Positions 9,596 through 18,687 of a DNA stretch of 64,000 nucleotides are shown piece after piece. Both the position numbers and the translations under genes were made by a program. The notes beneath the pieces are model-generated. The model was not told the origin of the DNA and made no database searches. It was given only the letters and a program-made list of their open reading frames with translations. The stretch is from Clostridia bacterium (GTDB lineage Bacteria > Bacillota > Clostridia > RUG12999). Every line of letters starts with the position of its first letter. Within the stretch, counting starts at the first letter, position 1. Where the stretch lies: assembly GCA_017467445.1 (NCBI GenBank), contig JAFTSG010000010.1, forward strand, positions 25,049 to 89,048. Reading direction: 5' to 3'.

Positions 9596-11152
9596 ATGAA
9601 TAAAAAGAATGCGGCAGGAACAGTCAGCTTCATATTTATTGCAATAATGCTGTCAAAAGTACTCGGGCAGGTACGCGAAATGGTTATTGCGGCAATCTAT
9701 GGGACAAGCGCACAGGCAAGTGCCTATTTTATGGCATCACAGCTTCCTGTAAGCTTTTTCGATATGATACTCGGCTCGGCAATATCCTCGGCGTTCATAC
9801 CCGTGTACAATATGTTTATGGAAACAGACGGCAAGGAAAGGGCAAACCTTTTTGCAACCCGTTTTTTAAACGTAATCATACTTGCAACAGCGGTTATTTC
9901 GGCACTTGGTATTGCATTTGCAGGTCCGATTATGTCCGTTTTCGGACCAAGCCTTGATATGTCAACAAAACTGCTTGCAGCCCAGCTACTGCAGATTATG
10001 TTTCCAATGCTTATTTTTACGGGTATGGCATTTGTTTTTGTAGGACTTTTGCAGTCACAGGGTGAATTCAAAATTCCTGCAATAATGAGTATTGTTTCAA
10101 ACGCAGTCTGCATTCTTTACCTTTTTACATTAAATAAATACTTTGGAATATACGGACTTGCAGCAAGCCTTGTCATCGGCTGGGTGCTGCAATTTATCAT
10201 ACTTGCAGTTCCTGCACGAAAAAAAGGATACAGACATTCGTTTAAAGCAGGACTTGCGGACAGCGGACTTAAAAACGTTGCTGCACTTGCACTTCCGGTG
10301 CTTTTCGCATCTTGGGTACAGCCAATCAACGCAACTGTTAATATGAGCATAGCATCTGGGTTTGCAAACGGCAGCGGTCCGTCAATCCTTAATTATGCTA
10401 ACAGACTTTACATAATTGCGGCAAGCGTATTTGCCGTATCGCTTACCAACTACACATTCCCGAAAATGTCGCGTCTTTCAATAGCAAAAGAAGACCGCGA
10501 ATGGTCGGATGTAGTTGCCGGCAGCATAAAGCTTGTACTTCTTATCGTAATACCGATAGCGCTTGTTTTTCTCCTTCAAGGCGAAGAAATTATCAGAATA
10601 ATTTATCAGCGTGGCGAGTTTGACGAAACAGCAGTTAAAATGACATCTGCGGCAATGTTCTGGTACTCTATGGGAATGGTATGGTACAGCGCACAGGAAA
10701 TTTTCAATAAAGCATTCTACTCCGTGCACGACACAAAAACACCGCTTATTTCATCGGTGGGAAGTATAATAACAAACGTTGCATTAAGCTTTATTTTATC
10801 TAAATATATGGGCATTTCGGGTCTTGCTCTTGCGGCATCTGTTTCGGCGGCGCTGTGGTGCATATTCTCCGTCGTAATGCTGAAATCCCGCTTCTTTAAA
10901 GAAAGCTTTAAAGATTTTCAGCTTATAAAAATTATTATTATGGCATCGGCGTTTGTACTTACAGTATTTTTTGTACGTCAGTTTATGTGCGCATCAGTCG
11001 GAGTAGAAACATTACTTAACAGGATTATAACTTTTGCCGTACCTGCAATGGCAGGCGTTGCAGTTTATATATTTCTGGCATTTCTTTTGAAAATAAAAGA
11101 ACTTGATTTTATTAAAAAGAGGTTTCTGAAAGGAGGAAAAGCGGATGATTAA
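9596..11152 (+). CDS. murJ: lipid II flippase MurJ/MviN
   Basis: A 518-aa polytopic membrane protein with the characteristic MurJ N-terminus (LSKVLGQVREMVIAAIYG). Confidence 0.85.
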   Translation: MNKKNAAGTVSFIFIAIMLSKVLGQVREMVIAAIYGTSAQASAYFMASQLPVSFFDMILGSAISSAFIPVYNMFMETDGKERANLFATRFLNVIILATAVISALGIAFAGPIMSVFGPSLDMSTKLLAAQLLQIMFPMLIFTGMAFVFVGLLQSQGEFKIPAIMSIVSNAVCILYLFTLNKYFGIYGLAASLVIGWVLQFIILAVPARKKGYRHSFKAGLADSGLKNVAALALPVLFASWVQPINATVNMSIASGFANGSGPSILNYANRLYIIAASVFAVSLTNYTFPKMSRLSIAKEDREWSDVVAGSIKLVLLIVIPIALVFLLQGEEIIRIIYQRGEFDETAVKMTSAAMFWYSMGMVWYSAQEIFNKAFYSVHDTKTPLISSVGSIITNVALSFILSKYMGISGLALAASVSAALWCIFSVVMLKSRFFKESFKDFQLIKIIIMASAFVLTVFFVRQFMCASVGVETLLNRIITFAVPAMAGVAVYIFLAFLLKIKELDFIKKRFLKGGKADD

Positions 11153-13004
11153 AAGCAGTTTGATAGTATCATTTGTTGTAAAGGTTTGCACGCTGCTACG
11201 TGATATGTATTTAAACAGCGGATACTATAAGCTTTATATGAAAATATCCGACTTTTTCGGACACCTTTTCAGAAAAAGTGGTATATATCGCATCTTCACC
11301 AAACAAAGAAGAGAAACATGGGGAAACAGCTTTGAAAAAACCATAAACGGCTTTTTCGGCTTTTTCCACGACTGTTTTCATGGTATGTTTGCGGGAATAG
11401 GAAAAGCAATATCCCACAGTACATGCGGCAGTCTTTGCTCGTTTCTTCTTGAAAACTGGCAGTATGTAAGCATTCGTTATTATTCAATAATGTTGTTTAT
11501 CTATATAATTGTACGTCTTGCGGCAACCCGTATGATTGGTGGCATCGTAGGACCATACACTGTGGCAATAGCCGTTGTTTCCTGCATAGGAATGCTTATC
11601 AACGTTTCACCCGCAGGTCTTTACAGCGGATGCAGACTTAAAAAGCTTATCGGTCTTCCCGAAATGGAAGAAAAAGCAAAGCTTACAACGCCGTTTAAAT
11701 CATATGTGGCAGTTACGGTTTCAATCGTAATCGGAAGTATATTCGGACTTTGCTCGCTTATACCTATGTGGTATGTGGCTGTAGCAGCACTTGTAATTCT
11801 GCCACTTATGCTTGCCCGCCCGCAGATAGGAATATTCCTTATCATAACGGCATTTCCGTTTATACCTACAATGGCAGTAGTTGGACTGTGTATAATTGTT
11901 ATGCTCGGCGCATTCATATCCTATCTGTATAATGAAAAAGAAACAATAAGGTTTGATATGTTCGACTTATCGGTACTGTTGTTCCTCGTAGCAATTGTTT
12001 TTGGCACAATGGTTTCATACAACGTATCGGGCAGTATAAAACCGGCACTTGTATATATTGTTTTTGTATCAACAGTTTTTGTAATAAGACGCTCTGTTGA
12101 CAGCAAAAAGCTTCTTTATATAATAGTAAATTCAATAATAACAGTTGCATTTTTCGTATCTGTTTATGGACTGTATCAGAAAATTACGGGACAGGCGGCA
12201 ACAACGTGGCAGGACAGCGATATGTTTGAAAACATAAGCGGAAGAATTTATGCCACATTCGGTAACCCCAACGTATTCGGCGAATATCTGCTTATAACTA
12301 TTCCGGTTACATTTGCCTCACTTGTAAAAACAACTAATAAAAACCGCAAATTTATGTATTTTATGTCGCTTGCACTCCAGCTCGTGTGTATGATACTTAC
12401 GTATTCGCGCGGATGCTGGATTGGTATAATGCTCAGTATGGGACTTATGCTTTTTATGAACGGCAAAAAACTGCTATCAGTATGTATTCTCGGCATAGGA
12501 CTTTTGCCGTTTATAGTACCCGACGCAATAATAGAGAGACTTCTCAGCATAGGAAACACGGCAGACAGCTCTACCTCATACAGAGTATATATCTGGCAGG
12601 GCACAATAAATATGCTTAAAGATTTCTGGGTAACAGGCATCGGTATAGGGGAACAGGCATTCCGAAGCGTGTATCCTATATACAGCCTCAACACAATAAT
12701 TGCACCGCATTCACATAACCTGTATCTGCACGTTATATGTGAAATGGGCATCGTAGGAGTGGTTGCATTTGTGGGTATAATAATAAACTTTTTCCGCAAT
12801 TCAGCATCTGTTTCGCTGAAAGATAAAGATTTAAAACCTCTTATGACAGCGCTTATATGTGCAATGCTTGGATATCTTGTTCAGGGAATGTTTGATAATG
12901 TGTGGTATAACTACAGAATTTATATGTTTTTCTTTATAATAATTGCACTTTCGGCAGCAGCCGGTACGTGCATCAAAAAGGAGAAGGAAAATGCAGAAAA
13001 TTAA
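11145..13004 (+). CDS. O-antigen ligase/polymerase family (Wzy_C domain) membrane protein
   Basis: Polytopic with a Wzy_C-type motif (TYSRGCWIGIMLSMGLMLF) and a large external loop. It overlaps the murJ stop. Confidence 0.7.
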   Translation: MIKSSLIVSFVVKVCTLLRDMYLNSGYYKLYMKISDFFGHLFRKSGIYRIFTKQRRETWGNSFEKTINGFFGFFHDCFHGMFAGIGKAISHSTCGSLCSFLLENWQYVSIRYYSIMLFIYIIVRLAATRMIGGIVGPYTVAIAVVSCIGMLINVSPAGLYSGCRLKKLIGLPEMEEKAKLTTPFKSYVAVTVSIVIGSIFGLCSLIPMWYVAVAALVILPLMLARPQIGIFLIITAFPFIPTMAVVGLCIIVMLGAFISYLYNEKETIRFDMFDLSVLLFLVAIVFGTMVSYNVSGSIKPALVYIVFVSTVFVIRRSVDSKKLLYIIVNSIITVAFFVSVYGLYQKITGQAATTWQDSDMFENISGRIYATFGNPNVFGEYLLITIPVTFASLVKTTNKNRKFMYFMSLALQLVCMILTYSRGCWIGIMLSMGLMLFMNGKKLLSVCILGIGLLPFIVPDAIIERLLSIGNTADSSTSYRVYIWQGTINMLKDFWVTGIGIGEQAFRSVYPIYSLNTIIAPHSHNLYLHVICEMGIVGVVAFVGIIINFFRNSASVSLKDKDLKPLMTALICAMLGYLVQGMFDNVWYNYRIYMFFFIIIALSAAAGTCIKKEKENAEN

Positions 13005-14100
13005 AGTTGTAAACGTAATAAGTGATACAAATATCGGCGGCGCAGGAAAATGCGTACTTACCTTTGCCAAAAACTATGATAGGGAAAAGTTTGATTTAAC
13101 CGTTCTTGTTCCGGAAGGAAGCAAGCTCAAACCCGAACTTGAAAAAACGGGTGTAAAATGTGTGGAAGCAAAAGCAATAGCCGACGAATCAATGAGCATA
13201 AAAGGCATTTTTGCACAGCGGAAAGTGTTTAAAGAGCTTGCACCCGATGTTGTACATACGCACGCAACACTTTCGGCACGAATTGCCGCACGTCTTGCGG
13301 GTGTGAAAGGAATTGTATATACACGTCACAGCGTATTTGAACCGTCCGATTTTATGAAAAGCATTGTGGGTAAGATAATAAACAAAATAACGGCAGCTCT
13401 GTTTTCAACCCGTATTATAGCAGTAGCTGAAGCAGCTAAAAAGAATCTGACTGATGTGGGCGTAAACCCGAAAAAGATAGACGTTATCTTAAACGGTATT
13501 GAACCGCTTAAACCTTTAACAGATGAAGAAAAACGCATTCAGCGGCAGCGTTTCGGTGTAGAGGATGGACAAAAAACGGCAGTTCTTGCAGCTCGCATTG
13601 AATATGTAAAAGGACATGACGATTTTATAAAAGCCGCAGAAATTTTGAAATCACGCGGTATAAACGTAAAATGTATTGCTGCAGGTAACGGCAGTCGCCT
13701 TGAAGAACTTCAGAACAATGAAACAGTGTATTTCCCAGGATTTATTGCAGATGCATATAACCTTATCGGAATAACGGATGTAAGTGTAAATGCATCGTTT
13801 GGCACAGAAGCAACAAGTATTGCGCTTCTTGAAGGCATGAGCCTTGGAATTCCGGCGGTTGTAACAGACTACGGCGGAAACCCCGGCGTAATTCAGGACG
13901 GTGAAAACGGATACCTTGTGCCAGTGCACAGCCCCGAGCTTCTTGCAGGCAAGCTTGAAAAAGTCCTGACAGACGAAAAACTTTACAAAAAAATGAGCGA
14001 AAATTCAATCAGAATATTCGGTGAAAAGTTTACTGCCGAAAACGTAACAAGACAGATTGAAAATGTATATATCAGTCTTGCCGGAAACGGAGGAAAATGA
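12991..14100 (+). CDS. GT4-family glycosyltransferase
   Basis: EGMSLGIPAVVTDYGGNPGVIQDGENGYLV (an E-x7-E-like C-terminal GT-B motif). The start MQKIKVV at 12991 with RBS aaggagaagg is preferred over the track's 12943. Confidence 0.8.
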   Translation: MQKIKVVNVISDTNIGGAGKCVLTFAKNYDREKFDLTVLVPEGSKLKPELEKTGVKCVEAKAIADESMSIKGIFAQRKVFKELAPDVVHTHATLSARIAARLAGVKGIVYTRHSVFEPSDFMKSIVGKIINKITAALFSTRIIAVAEAAKKNLTDVGVNPKKIDVILNGIEPLKPLTDEEKRIQRQRFGVEDGQKTAVLAARIEYVKGHDDFIKAAEILKSRGINVKCIAAGNGSRLEELQNNETVYFPGFIADAYNLIGITDVSVNASFGTEATSIALLEGMSLGIPAVVTDYGGNPGVIQDGENGYLVPVHSPELLAGKLEKVLTDEKLYKKMSENSIRIFGEKFTAENVTRQIENVYISLAGNGGK

Positions 14101-14579
14101 AAATGAGCGAAAAGAAAATAAAAGCAAGGTTCAACATTATAGACGTTCTTATTATTCTTGTGCTTGTGGCTGTTTTGTGGGTGTTTGCAAACTATGCAAA
14201 CGTAAAACCAACGGCAAGCAACGGGGCAACAGTACAGTATACTGTTGAAATAAAAGGCATAAGAGAAGAAAATGTAGGGGCATTTGCCGAAGGCGATGAA
14301 ATAACCGGCGACAAAGGCGGCGGAGTAATCGGTAAAATTATAAGTGTCAGCGAATATGAAAAAGAAACATCGCTTGAGGAAAACGTAAGAACAGGCGAGT
14401 TTGTTGTATCAGAAATTCCAAACAGATATACCGTAAGGCTGACGCTCGAATCTCCGTGCATAAAAAACGCAGATGGCATAACAGTTGACGATACGGACAT
14501 CAAGGTTGGTAAAAGTATAAATATAAAAACCGAAAAATATGTAAGTAAATCAACTATACTTGAAGTTAAGGAGGGCTGA
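14097..14579 (+). CDS. DUF4330-like protein with N-terminal TM anchor (paralog 1)
   Basis: A TM anchor (IIDVLIILVLVAVLWVF) then a beta-rich domain. It is a paralog of the next gene and its start overlaps the GT4 stop. Confidence 0.55.
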   Translation: MKMSEKKIKARFNIIDVLIILVLVAVLWVFANYANVKPTASNGATVQYTVEIKGIREENVGAFAEGDEITGDKGGGVIGKIISVSEYEKETSLEENVRTGEFVVSEIPNRYTVRLTLESPCIKNADGITVDDTDIKVGKSINIKTEKYVSKSTILEVKEG

Positions 14580-14581
14580 TT

Positions 14582-15079
14582 ATGATAATAGATGAAAAAG
14601 GCCGCTTGTTTGGCAAAGTAAGTATAGTGGATATTGCCGTAATTCTGTTTGTGGTTGTTGTTGCGGTAGCACTTGTATGGCGTTTTGTTGGTATGAAAGA
14701 TGAAACCGCCAGGGTCGAGGATGTAAAATGCAGCTACGAATGTGTTGTTGATAATGTAAGGATAGAATCTGTAAATGCAATCAAAAACGACATCGGCAGT
14801 GATGTATATGATTCACAGGGCAGGAAAATCGGTACACTTGTATCAGCTGAAGAAATGCCGTATGAAACAGAAATCAAAACAGACAGAGGCGACATCCGTA
14901 TTGCAGAAGTACCTGATAAATACAGTGTAAAAATCAAATTTGAAGGAACGGGTAAAAAAGCAAATTCGGGATATGTTTCCGGTGCGGGCTATGAAATAAG
15001 CATAGGTTCAAAACCGCTTCTTTCACTTTATACAATAGATATTGAAGCACAGGTTCTTAACATAACAGAAGTGAAATAA
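14582..15079 (+). CDS. DUF4330-like protein with N-terminal TM anchor (paralog 2)
   Basis: Same architecture as the previous gene (TM anchor IVDIAVILFVVVVAVALVW, then TVRLTLES/YSVKIKFEG-type segments). The start is 2 bp after the previous stop. Confidence 0.55.
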   Translation: MIIDEKGRLFGKVSIVDIAVILFVVVVAVALVWRFVGMKDETARVEDVKCSYECVVDNVRIESVNAIKNDIGSDVYDSQGRKIGTLVSAEEMPYETEIKTDRGDIRIAEVPDKYSVKIKFEGTGKKANSGYVSGAGYEISIGSKPLLSLYTIDIEAQVLNITEVK

Positions 15080-15229
15080 CGTTTAAACATGAAATAAATG
15101 GGTATAATCTATATATTAGCAGGGGACCCAAGCATATAATTTGTGAAAAAAATATATTGCAAATCGGGCATTGTTGGTATATAATTATAATATTATAAAA
15201 TCTGACTTAAATTTAGGGGGAAATATACA

Positions 15230-16513
15230 ATGAAAGTAACAAAACAGGAATTAGAAACAAATGTAATCCAGCTTGAGATTTCCGTTGATGCGGACGAGTT
15301 TGAAAAGGCAATGCAAAAATCATATTTGAAAAACGTTAAACATATAACTATAAATGGTTTCAGAAAAGGTAAAGCACCCAGAAAGAATGTAGAAATGTTA
15401 TATGGTGAAGGCATTTTCTATGAAGATGCAGTTGACTTTATTCTTCAGGATACATATCCTCAGGCGCTTGAACAGGAAAATGTTGACCCTGTTGACCGTC
15501 CGGAAATCGACGTGAAAGAAATCGGCGGCGGTAAAGATTTTGTTTACACAGCAAAAGTAACTGTAAAACCGACAATGGAACTCGGCAAATACAAAGGTAT
15601 CAAAGTTAAAAAAGTTGAACATACAGTAAGTGAAGAGGATATCAACGCTGAAATCGATAATATGAAAGAACGCGCAGCAAGATTTGTTGACGTAACAGAC
15701 AGAGCTGTTGAAAACGGCGACGTTGCAGTTATCGACTTTGACGGAAGCGTAGACGGCGTTCATTTTGACGGCGGAAAAGCTGAAAACCACAACCTTACAA
15801 TCGGTTCAGGTCAGTTCATCCCCGGATTTGAAGACCAGATTATCGGCAAAAACATCGGCGACGAATTTGATGTAAACGTTACATTCCCGGAAGAATACCA
15901 TGCAAAAGACCTTGCAGGAAAAGCTGCGGTATTTGCAGTTAAACTCAACGGTATCAAGAAAAAAGAATATCCGGAGCTTGACGATGAATTTGCTAAAGAT
16001 ATAAGCGAATTTGATACTTTTGAAGAACTCAAAAACGCTACAAAAGAGCGTCTTGAAAAAAATGCAGAAAACCGCACAAAACGTGAACAGGAAGAAGCAG
16101 TAATTGATGCAGTTCTTGCAAAAACAAAAGTTGAACTTCCTGAAGTTATGATTACGAATCAGGTTGAACAGTATGTTCAGGACGCAAAATACAGAATTCA
16201 GTCTCAGATGCCGGGCATCACATTCGAACAGTACCTTGAATACACAGGCGGAAGCCTTGATGATTTCAAAGAAGGTATGAAAGAAAGAGCTGAAAAAGAC
16301 GTTCGCATTTCTCTTATGATTGAAGCAGTTGCAGCAGCAGAAAACATTGAAGTATCAGACGAAGACATCGATGCTGAAATCAAGAAAATTGCAGAACAGT
16401 ACAAAATGGAAGAAGAAAAAGTAAGAGAATTAATCAATGCTGACCAGGTTAAGGAAAGCATCCTTCCGGGTAAAGTAGTTGACTTTCTTGTTGAAAATGT
16501 AAAGATTTCCTAA
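15230..16513 (+). CDS. tig: trigger factor
   Basis: N-terminal ribosome-binding domain, a central FKBP-type PPIase (GFRKGKAPR ... VDGVHFDGG) and the C-terminal domain. Confidence 0.93.
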   Translation: MKVTKQELETNVIQLEISVDADEFEKAMQKSYLKNVKHITINGFRKGKAPRKNVEMLYGEGIFYEDAVDFILQDTYPQALEQENVDPVDRPEIDVKEIGGGKDFVYTAKVTVKPTMELGKYKGIKVKKVEHTVSEEDINAEIDNMKERAARFVDVTDRAVENGDVAVIDFDGSVDGVHFDGGKAENHNLTIGSGQFIPGFEDQIIGKNIGDEFDVNVTFPEEYHAKDLAGKAAVFAVKLNGIKKKEYPELDDEFAKDISEFDTFEELKNATKERLEKNAENRTKREQEEAVIDAVLAKTKVELPEVMITNQVEQYVQDAKYRIQSQMPGITFEQYLEYTGGSLDDFKEGMKERAEKDVRISLMIEAVAAAENIEVSDEDIDAEIKKIAEQYKMEEEKVRELINADQVKESILPGKVVDFLVENVKIS

Positions 16514-16525
16514 GGAGTGACATAA

Positions 16526-17119
16526 ATGTACGAAAATAATATACCTGTTCCTTATGTAATTGAACAAACCGGCAGAGGAGAACGTTCTTACGACATTTAC
16601 TCGCGTCTGCTTATTGACAGAATTGTGTTCCTTAATGGTGAAGTAAACGATTATTCGGCTTCTTCAATTATAGCACAACTTCTGTTTCTCGAAAGTCAGG
16701 ATAGGGATAAGGATATTAACTTCTATATAAACAGCCCCGGCGGCAGCGTAACCGCAGGTCTTGCTATTTACGACACAATGAACTACATCAAATGCGATGT
16801 ATCCACAATCTGTATTGGTCTTGCGGCAAGTATGGGTGCTTTCCTGCTTTCATCGGGAACAAAAGGCAAAAGAATTTCACTTCCCAACAGCGAAATTCTT
16901 ATCCATCAGCCTCTCGGCGGCACACAGGGTCAGGCAAGTGATATTAAGATTTATACGGAAAACATTCTTAAAATGCGCAGCCGTCTTAACACAATTCTTG
17001 CTGAAAACACAGGCAAACCGCTTGACCAGATTCAGCTTGACACTGAACGTGACAACTATATGGATGCAAACGAAGCACTTGAATACGGTTTGATTGATAA
17101 GATAATAGCAAAAAGATAG
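16526..17119 (+). CDS. clpP: ATP-dependent Clp protease proteolytic subunit
   Basis: [11 protein letters not shown]...[15 protein letters not shown]; catalytic Ser and His context. Confidence 0.95.
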   Translation: MYENNIPVPYVIEQTGRGERSYDIYSRLLIDRIVFLNGEVNDYSASSIIAQLLFLESQDRDKDINFYINSPGGSVTAGLAIYDTMNYIKCDVSTICIGLAASMGAFLLSSGTKGKRISLPNSEILIHQPLGGTQGQASDIKIYTENILKMRSRLNTILAENTGKPLDQIQLDTERDNYMDANEALEYGLIDKIIAKR

Positions 17120-17136
17120 GTTGAAAGGAAAACAGT

Positions 17137-18390
17137 ATGTCAAAAGACTTAAACAACCAGCGTTATTGTTCGTTCTGCGGCAGACCGGAATCTCAGGTAA
17201 CAGGAATGCTTATTCAGGGCCCGGAAGCATATATCTGTAACGAATGTGTTGCAGACTGTATGCACATTATTGAAGAAGCCGGCAAGAGTCAGCAGGTGTT
17301 CGATGCACCCGAAAAAACACCAAAACCGAAAGAAATAAAAGAAATACTTGACCAGTATGTAATCGGTCAGGATAAAGCAAAAAAAGCATTGTCCGTAGCG
17401 GTGTATAATCATTATAAACGCATAGAATCAAACGCAGGAAAAAAAGATGACGTGGAACTCCAAAAAACAAACGTGCTTTTACTTGGACCTACAGGCTCGG
17501 GTAAAACACTTCTGGCACAAACACTTGCAAAAATACTTCATGTGCCGTTTTCTATAGCCGATGCAACCACGCTTACAGAAGCGGGCTACGTTGGTGAAGA
17601 CGTTGAAAACATTCTCCTTCGTCTTATACAAGCGGCAGATTATGATATTGAGCTTGCCGAGCGCGGCATTATCTATATTGATGAAATAGATAAAATCTCA
17701 CGTCGCAGCGAAAACCCGTCCATCACACGTGACGTAAGCGGCGAGGGTGTACAGCAGTCCCTTCTTAAAATTCTTGAAGGAACAACAGCATCCGTGCCAC
17801 CGCAGGGCGGCAGAAAACATCCGCATCAGGAGCTTATACAGATTGATACATCAAATATTCTGTTTATCTGCGGCGGAGCGTTTGACGGTCTTGAAAAGAT
17901 AATTGAAAACCGCATCGGTAAAAAATCACTCGGATTTGAATCCGACCTTGCGGAAAATGTTAGTCTTGATAAAGGAAATATCTTCAGTCATACAACTCCG
18001 GCAGACCTTCTTAAATACGGTCTTATCCCGGAATTTATCGGCAGACTTCCTCTTATAGCATCACTTGAAATGCTTGATGAAGAAGCTCTTGTGAAGATAT
18101 TTAAAGAACCTAAAAATTCACTTCTCAAACAGTATACAAAAATGCTTGGATTTGACGGCGTTGAGCTTGAATTCGAAGATGCGGCAATCCGCGAAGTTGC
18201 AAGGGAAACCATTGCAAAGAAAACGGGCGCACGCGGACTTCGTTCAATAGTTGAAGAAATTATGCTCGACATAATGTATGAAGTTCCGTCCGATGAAGAA
18301 ATTGAAAAATGCATTATAACCTATGATACGGTTAAAAACCGTAAAGGCGCAAAAATAGTGCGAAAAGAAAAGAAAGATTTAACGGCATAA
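17137..18390 (+). CDS. clpX: ATP-dependent Clp protease ATP-binding subunit ClpX
   Basis: N-terminal zinc finger CSFCGR...CNEC and the Walker A motif [15 protein letters not shown]. Confidence 0.95.
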   Translation: MSKDLNNQRYCSFCGRPESQVTGMLIQGPEAYICNECVADCMHIIEEAGKSQQVFDAPEKTPKPKEIKEILDQYVIGQDKAKKALSVAVYNHYKRIESNAGKKDDVELQKTNVLLLGPTGSGKTLLAQTLAKILHVPFSIADATTLTEAGYVGEDVENILLRLIQAADYDIELAERGIIYIDEIDKISRRSENPSITRDVSGEGVQQSLLKILEGTTASVPPQGGRKHPHQELIQIDTSNILFICGGAFDGLEKIIENRIGKKSLGFESDLAENVSLDKGNIFSHTTPADLLKYGLIPEFIGRLPLIASLEMLDEEALVKIFKEPKNSLLKQYTKMLGFDGVELEFEDAAIREVARETIAKKTGARGLRSIVEEIMLDIMYEVPSDEEIEKCIITYDTVKNRKGAKIVRKEKKDLTA

Positions 18391-18392
18391 CA

Positions 18393-18419
18393 AAAACCAC
18401 CCAAAACGGGTGGTTTTCT
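18393..18419 (+). terminator. Rho-independent terminator after clpX
   Basis: ACCACCC-AAAAC-GGGTGGT followed by TTTTCTT. Confidence 0.7.
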
Positions 18420-18496
18420 TTATGTAACAATGTTATACAAAATGACTTGGCATTTAAGTTTTTATTATGGCACAATGCCGAATTTTTTTAATTTGA

Positions 18497-18525
18497 TTGA
18501 CACAAATGTCTTTTTATGGTAAAAT
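18497..18525 (+). promoter_or_regulatory. sigma-A promoter with extended -10 for the giant gene
   Basis: TTGACA at 18497-18502, a 17-bp spacer, then TGgTAAAAT at 18517-18525. Confidence 0.5.
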
Positions 18526-18600
18526 ACAAAATATATTATAATGATCTTGCTATTTTTCCCACTACCGAATTTACTAACAATTTAATATTTACGGAACTAT

Positions 18601-18634
18601 AGCAGGAACCATATTTTTTGGTCCTGCTTTTTTT
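18601..18634 (+). promoter_or_regulatory. terminator-like hairpin plus U-tract inside the 5' leader of the giant gene (candidate attenuator)
   Basis: AGCAGGA(A)CCA-tattttt-TGGTCCTGCT (a 10-bp stem with a one-nt bulge) followed by TTTTTT. It lies ~75 nt after the predicted TSS and 53 nt before the ATG at 18688. Confidence 0.45.
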
Positions 18635-18687
18635 GTGGTAACAGCAAAATCATAGTAATTTTCATAAAAATTTTCAAAGAAAGAAGG

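Noticed and set aside
18440-18500. TGGCAC motif (ATGGCACAATGCCGA) resembling a sigma-54 -24 element upstream of the giant gene
   Set aside because: The -12 element (TTGCW) at the correct spacing is absent, and a canonical sigma-A promoter lies just downstream.
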